IMG/VR virus record: IMGVR_UViG_2563366819_000003 | Location: 1-55,732 of that record | Source of the DNA: a virus | Lineage: Duplodnaviria > Heunggongvirae > Uroviricota > Caudoviricetes | Direction: 5' to 3' (one strand) | DNA: 55,732 nucleotides | Part shown: piece after piece, positions 50,675 to 55,732 of the stretch | How the letters are laid out: each line of letters starts with the position of its first letter | How positions within the stretch are numbered: the stretch's first letter is position 1 | Position numbers and translations under genes: made by a program | Notes under the pieces: generated by a model | The model's database searches: none | What the model saw: the letters and a program-made list of their open reading frames with translations, nothing else | Told to the model about the DNA's origin: nothing

Positions 50675-53038
50675 GTGGATATGGCAGCAGTAAAAATCTC
50701 AGGTGTGCTGAAAGATGGTGCGGGAAAACCAATACAGAACTGCACTATTCAACTGAAGGCAAAGCGTAACAGCACCACGGTACTGGTGAACACGGTGGCC
50801 TCTGAAAATCCGGATGAAGCCGGGCGTTACAGCATGGATGTTGAGTATGGCCAGTACAGCGTCACCCTGCTGGTTGAAGGTTTTCCGCCTTCACATGCCG
50901 GAACCATTACCGTCTATGAAGGTTCCAGACCAGGTACGCTGAATGATTTTCTCGGTGCCATGACGGAAGATGATGTCATGCCGGAGGCATTGCGTCGTTT
51001 TGAGGCAATGGTGGAAGAAGCGGCACGCAACGCCGAAGCCGCCTCTCAGAGCGCAGCGGTGGCAAAGAAATCCGAAACTGCAGCGGCATCATCGAAGAAC
51101 GCGGCGAAAACCTCAGAAACGAATGCAGCTAACAGCGCACAGGCGGCAGCGACCTCACAGACTGCATCGGCAAACTCCGCGACAGCAGCCAAAAAATCAG
51201 AAACCAACGCGAAAAACAGCGAGACAGCCGCAAAGACGAGCGAAACCAACGCAAAGTCCAGCCAGACGGCAGCGAAAACCAGCGAAACGAATGCCAAAGC
51301 CAGTGAAACTGCGGCGAAAAACAGCCAGGCTGCAGCAGCTGAAAGCGAGAGCGCGGCGGCCGGTTCTGCGACTTCAGCAGCCGGATCAGCAACTGCTGCG
51401 GCTAACAGTCAGAAAGCAGCGAAGACGAGTGAAACTAACGCAAAGTCCAGCCAGACGGCAGCGAAGACCAGCGAAACGAATGCCAAAGCCAGCGAAACTG
51501 CAGCGAAAAGCAGTCAGGATGCAGCAGCCGAAAGCGAGAGTGCTGCAGCTGGTTCTGCAACAGCGGCAGCTAATAGCCAAAAAGCTGCAAAAGCCAGTGA
51601 AACTAACGCAAAGACGAGTGAAACAAAAGCAGCAGCTAGCGAGACAGAAGCAACGTCAGCCGCAACAAGAGCAGAGAATGCAGCCCGGATTGCAGAAGAT
51701 GCCGCTGATCCTGCTTCTGTCCCTCCGCTTCCTGATATCTGGCTACCCTTGAATGATTCTCTGGAAGCGATAACAGGGTATGCCCCGGGCTATAAAACAA
51801 TAACCATCGGCAGTGATGAAATAACAATGCCTGTTAATGGCATATGCCAATTTAGCCGGGCTTCATCTGCAACGTATATTGATAAGTCCGGGCATATTAC
51901 CGTGGCAGGGAATAACGTTCCTCGTTTTGAAAAATATGGTTTTCTGATAGAGAATCAGCGAACAAACATGTTCGTAAATAGTTTTAATCCTGATGCCTGG
52001 AATAAAAGCGGTGGTATATCTGTAACATCATCAACAGATGAATTTGAGTTTAAATATGGACGTTTCACAGTAGGAAGCGACATAGCAGGAACGACAACAG
52101 GGAGAAATATATGCACAGTTGCTGGTAATAAAGGCATAGATGTGACTGGCGATGATCAGTACAGTAAAGGTCCGTATGTTACCGCGTCGTTCAGGGTAAG
52201 AAGTGATCTCAATGTTCGCGCACGTATCCGTTTTGAACGGTATAACTCGGAAGGATACACTTTCCTTTGTGACGCCTATTTGTCATTACAGACCCATGAA
52301 CTACAAATTACGGGTGGTAATGCCCAGCTATTAACAGCAAACTTTGAAATCGATCCAGGTAGTGGATGGATATATTTTCAGGCAACCCTGAAATGTCTGC
52401 CAGAATGGGGAATGGTTGGTACGCAGTTGCAAATTGCAGCCGACAGAGCTGTGGGGTCTTTTGCAACAGGTGACTGGATAGAAGTAACCACCCCGCAATT
52501 TGAGTATGGTGCTTGTGCAACATCCTTTATCATAACGACAACAGAGCCAGCTACTCGTGCATCAGATTTATGTAAATTTCCGCTGATGAAAAATATGTAT
52601 ACCATGCCTTTTACGTTCATGGTGGAAGTCCATAAAAACTGGTTTATTTCTCATAATGCTGCACCGCGTGTCATTGATTCAGAAAATCACCAGTCCGGGG
52701 GCCCATTTATTATGGGGTTTGGTTCTTCTGGAACTATTAGTCAGGACGGTTATTCGTATTGCGATATAGGCGGGGCTAACCGACGTGTATATGAGTCATG
52801 CGGAGTAAGAGATCTCGTTATGGGATTCAGGGTTAAGGCTGACGGCATGACATGCTCATTTGCAAATAAGCATATAAGCACAGAAACAAAAACAGTATGG
52901 AAATATATTCGTGAAGCTGCCGTGATTCGTATCGGGGGGCAAACGACGACAGGATTACGACACCTTAATGGTCATATAAAAAACCTCCGTTTCTGGAACA
53001 GAGCATTGTCAGATACGCAGCTTAAGGAATACGTATAA
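50675..53038 (+). CDS. stf: Side tail fibre protein: lambda Stf-like N-terminus, Ala/Ser/Thr-rich repetitive shaft, lectin-like (LamG/ConA-like) C-terminus
   Basis: N-terminus MAAVKISGVLKDGAGKP.QNCTIQLKA.RNSTTV as lambda Stf; internal repeats of ETNAK.S.TAAKTSE units; C-terminal motif NLRFWNRALSDTQLKEY resembles the (I/V)R(I/F)(Y/W)NRALS signature of LamG-like domains. Confidence 0.8.
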   Translation: MDMAAVKISGVLKDGAGKPIQNCTIQLKAKRNSTTVLVNTVASENPDEAGRYSMDVEYGQYSVTLLVEGFPPSHAGTITVYEGSRPGTLNDFLGAMTEDDVMPEALRRFEAMVEEAARNAEAASQSAAVAKKSETAAASSKNAAKTSETNAANSAQAAATSQTASANSATAAKKSETNAKNSETAAKTSETNAKSSQTAAKTSETNAKASETAAKNSQAAAAESESAAAGSATSAAGSATAAANSQKAAKTSETNAKSSQTAAKTSETNAKASETAAKSSQDAAAESESAAAGSATAAANSQKAAKASETNAKTSETKAAASETEATSAATRAENAARIAEDAADPASVPPLPDIWLPLNDSLEAITGYAPGYKTITIGSDEITMPVNGICQFSRASSATYIDKSGHITVAGNNVPRFEKYGFLIENQRTNMFVNSFNPDAWNKSGGISVTSSTDEFEFKYGRFTVGSDIAGTTTGRNICTVAGNKGIDVTGDDQYSKGPYVTASFRVRSDLNVRARIRFERYNSEGYTFLCDAYLSLQTHELQITGGNAQLLTANFEIDPGSGWIYFQATLKCLPEWGMVGTQLQIAADRAVGSFATGDWIEVTTPQFEYGACATSFIITTTEPATRASDLCKFPLMKNMYTMPFTFMVEVHKNWFISHNAAPRVIDSENHQSGGPFIMGFGSSGTISQDGYSYCDIGGANRRVYESCGVRDLVMGFRVKADGMTCSFANKHISTETKTVWKYIREAAVIRIGGQTTTGLRHLNGHIKNLRFWNRALSDTQLKEYV
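51226..51550 (+). repeat. Tandem coding repeats within stf shaft region
   Basis: Block gcaaagtccagccagacggcagcgaa(a/g)accagcgaaacgaatgccaaagccag(t/c)gaaactgc(g/a)gcgaaaa recurs about 180 bp later. Confidence 0.7.
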
Positions 53039-53307
53039 TGCGGGATATAACATTACGATTCGATAACAGAGAACAGTTTAACGCAATTGTATATGACAGT
53101 GGCCTGTTCAGTCTTGAAGAAGAAAATGGGGTTCTTGTTGATGTTATTGGCTGCATTATCGATTACGAGGAGCCAGAAAACGAAAGATGTACAGGCATTG
53201 ATCGCGGTGGTTTTTTCGTAAACATGAGGATTGTTGATGGCAGTAAAAACATATCTTCTTTAATGCCTTTCATTACGACAGATCAGCATGTAAGGACATG
53301 GGCTTAA
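53038..53307 (+). CDS. Hypothetical protein downstream of stf
   Basis: 89-aa ORF with start overlapping stf stop; no recognisable motif. Confidence 0.35.
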   Translation: MRDITLRFDNREQFNAIVYDSGLFSLEEENGVLVDVIGCIIDYEEPENERCTGIDRGGFFVNMRIVDGSKNISSLMPFITTDQHVRTWA

Positions 53308-53319
53308 TGGAGTAAGACA

Positions 53320-54003
53320 ATGGTTACAAAAACAGTAATTCCGGGAGACATCACCACGCTAAAGGGAGATATTTCCTCAATTAACGGAAAAGTATCAACG
53401 CTTCAGACTGAGATGACCAGTGCAAAGCAGGATATCAGCTCCAGATACACAAAAACTGAAGTTGATAATAAGCTGAAAAACAAACTGGAAGTGAATGCTC
53501 TCGAAAGCGGTAATTATGGTGGAGATTTTTACCCGCTGACTGGCCGCGAAGCGTTTTATTTATGGGGGTTGGGCACGACTACTGCGGCGGCAAACCTTTA
53601 TCTTAATCCTGACCCTGCAATTTCGTCTGTACTGCGGTCAACATCGTCTATCCGCTATAAACATTCAGTAGAGACGATAGATTCAGAGCACGCCGATGTC
53701 ATTTTCAGGATGCGCCCTGTGTGGTACAGGTCGCAATGCGAAAATGACAGGCGTGACTGGGGGTTCTACGGATTGATTGCCGAGGAAGTAGGAGAAATTG
53801 CCCCTCAGTTTGTACACTGGCGACCAGCTAACGAAGATGATGCTCCTGAAGCTATTTCCAGCAATGGCCTTGTTGCCGAAGGTGTAATGTACGAACGTCT
53901 GGTTGTTCCACTGATTCACCATATCCAGAAGCTGACAGAAAGAGTTGATGAACTTGAGTCAGAATTAAAGTTGTTATTAACTTCCCGAAGCGATATCGGA
54001 TAA
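53320..54003 (+). CDS. Short fibre-like protein with C-terminal intramolecular-chaperone (peptidase S74-like) domain
   Basis: 227 aa; N-terminal coiled-coil-like segment, then block SSIRYKHS...RMRPVWYR...WGFYGLIAEEVGEIAPQFV...LVVPLIHHIQKLTERVDELESEL resembling S74 autoproteolytic chaperone domains of tail fibres. Confidence 0.5.
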   Translation: MVTKTVIPGDITTLKGDISSINGKVSTLQTEMTSAKQDISSRYTKTEVDNKLKNKLEVNALESGNYGGDFYPLTGREAFYLWGLGTTTAAANLYLNPDPAISSVLRSTSSIRYKHSVETIDSEHADVIFRMRPVWYRSQCENDRRDWGFYGLIAEEVGEIAPQFVHWRPANEDDAPEAISSNGLVAEGVMYERLVVPLIHHIQKLTERVDELESELKLLLTSRSDIG

Positions 54004-54013
54004 AGGAGGAATA

Positions 54014-54307
54014 ATGGATATAACACCTTTCCTTCATGCACTTTGTGCTGTGGCTGCGCAGGTACTGGTTGGTCTTTTTACCGGAAACTGGGCTTACGGG
54101 GCGATAGCCGGTTGTACGTTCTTCATTGCGCGTGAACACACCCAGGCAGAATATCGCTGGATCGAAATGTTCGGGCATGGCAAGCGAATGAATATGCCGT
54201 GGTGGGGCGGTTTTGATCCGCGCGCGTGGGATGTGGCAAGCCTGATGGATTTTGCTGTGCCGGTGGTGGCGTGTCTGCTGGTCTGGCTGTTGGTTAATCG
54301 TGGGTGA
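54014..54307 (+). CDS. Hypothetical small membrane protein
   Basis: 97 aa with two hydrophobic segments (ALCAVAAQVLVGLF and FAVPVVACLLVWLLV). Confidence 0.4.
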   Translation: MDITPFLHALCAVAAQVLVGLFTGNWAYGAIAGCTFFIAREHTQAEYRWIEMFGHGKRMNMPWWGGFDPRAWDVASLMDFAVPVVACLLVWLLVNRG

Positions 54308-54982
54308 AAAAAGGTGAGCTGTATATGCAACGGAGGAAGAAAACTCGTTGCTGGAAGCCTGGAAAAAGTATCGGGTGCTGCTAAACCGTGTGGACACTTC
54401 CGTAGCACCAGATATCGAGTGGCTTATTCAACCATAATAAACAGTATGTATATCATAGGTTATTAATTGTGAGTTTTTTCGGTGTGTTATTTGTTTGTTT
54501 GATGTTATGCTTTTGCGCCCCAAAAGGTTGTTTAGATGTATTTTATCAATTGATTTTCAATGTCGTTTAATAAAGAAAAATTAAGCAAGCTGGATGTTGG
54601 TTTTTTGTTAATTGAATGGTTCTAATAATGTTTTTTTACTGTTGTTGAATGTGACTTGATAAGAAATGCAAGTAAAAATGATACTCTTTTTATTTTAAAT
54701 TCAAACGGTTGACATATATATAGCAAGAGGTTTCAGGTGCGTTGTAGTGAGTTTATGTTAATAAAAAGTATAGTAAGCGTTGAAAAATGTAACTTTGAAA
54801 TACGTTAGAATAAAAAACAATATACATATAATAATTTAATCTTAAATGAAATTTATTAAAATTTGCAAACTATAATTTTGTGTATAAAAATATAAATGCA
54901 CATCATCCTGATTATGATTGTGTATTTAATTGGTTGTTATTTGACTGCTATCAACTTGTTTTAATTTTATGATAGGTGCAAG

Positions 54983-55732
54983 ATGGATTATGTTTGCTCC
55001 GTAGTTTTCATCTGTCAATCATTTGATTTAATTATAAACAGGAGAGTTATCTCGTTCAAAAAAAATTCATTGTTTATTGTAAGCGACAAAATTAGAAGGG
55101 AGTTACCAGTATGCCCCTCTAAACTAAGAATTGTTGATATAGATAAGAAAACATGTTTATCCTTTTTTATCGACGTGAATAATGAGCTGCCTGGCAAATT
55201 TACTCTTGATAAGAATGGCTATATTGCTGAAGAGGAACCTCCATTATCGCTTGTTTTTTCTCTGTTTGAAGGGATTAAAATAGCAGACTCACACTCCCTT
55301 TGGTTAAAAGAAAGACTATGTATATCCTTACTTGCCATGTTCAAAAAACGCGAAAGTGTAAATTCATTTATACTAACAAATATAAATACATTTACCTGTA
55401 AAATTACTGGAATAATCAGTTTTAATATTGAGCGGCAATGGCATTTAAAAGATATTGCGGAATTGATTTATACGAGTGAAAGTTTAATAAAAAAAAGATT
55501 AAGGGATGAAGGAACGTCATTTACTGAAATATTGAGAGATACTAGGATGAGGTATGCAAAAAAACTCATAACTTCAAACTCTTATTCTATCAATGTCGTA
55601 GCCCAGAAATGTGGCTATAACAGTACTTCATATTTCATATGTGCATTTAAAGATTATTATGGTGTCACGCCATCTCATTATTTTGAGAAAATAATCGGCG
55701 TCACAGATGGAATAAACAAAACAATTGACTGA
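54983..55732 (+). CDS. appY: AraC-family transcriptional activator AppY
   Basis: 249 aa, AT-rich gene with C-terminal AraC-type HTH ([33 protein letters not shown]); matches AppY as recalled; stop at window end. Confidence 0.85.

Noticed and set aside
50970-51752. 260-aa Arg/Gln/Lys-rich ORF and several minus-strand ORFs within the stf repeat region
   Set aside because: Alternative frames of the tandem-repeat shaft of stf; repetitive DNA creates long open frames by chance.

Overview
The window is almost entirely one mosaic lambdoid prophage, read left to right from its integrase (1..1164, minus strand) to the host AraC-family regulator appY (54983..55732). The early left arm has lambda-type exo/bet/gam, a LexA-like CI repressor, a Cro/YdaS-like and a YdaT-like gene, and lambda-type O (with ori iterons) and P. 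The nin/lysis region is of the DLP12/phage-21 type: ninB-ninE-ybcO-rusA-ylcG, a Q antiterminator, an intact nmpC porin on the opposite strand, pinholin, SAR endolysin, Rz/Rz1 and bor. The late region is essentially lambda: cos, nu1, A, W, B, C, D, E, FI, FII, Z, U, V, G/T, H, M, L, K, I, J, lom, stf. The main finding is a ~10.9 kb satellite-like integrative element (about 23728..34632) inserted inside the portal gene B, splitting it into an N-terminal fragment (22906..23735 plus a short read-through) and a C-terminal fragment (34631..35404). This element has a P4-type integrase, AlpA, a Bro-N protein, a P4-alpha-like primase-helicase with downstream iterons, SSB, its own cos site and a Nu1-like small terminase, and divergent homologues of lambda capsid proteins E and D, but no portal, protease/scaffold, large terminase or tail genes. 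It therefore looks like a capsid-remodelling parasite of lambda-like helpers lodged in its helper's own portal gene. Other accessory cargo includes a DGQHR-domain (DndB-like) protein, a TraR-like zinc finger, a 1302-aa intimin/invasin-like adhesin with a tandem-duplicated Ig-like domain, a J protein with a divergent C-terminus, and a side tail fibre with a lectin-like C-terminus followed by an S74-chaperone-like protein. All protein identifications come from reading the supplied translations against remembered reference sequences; no database search or alignment was run.
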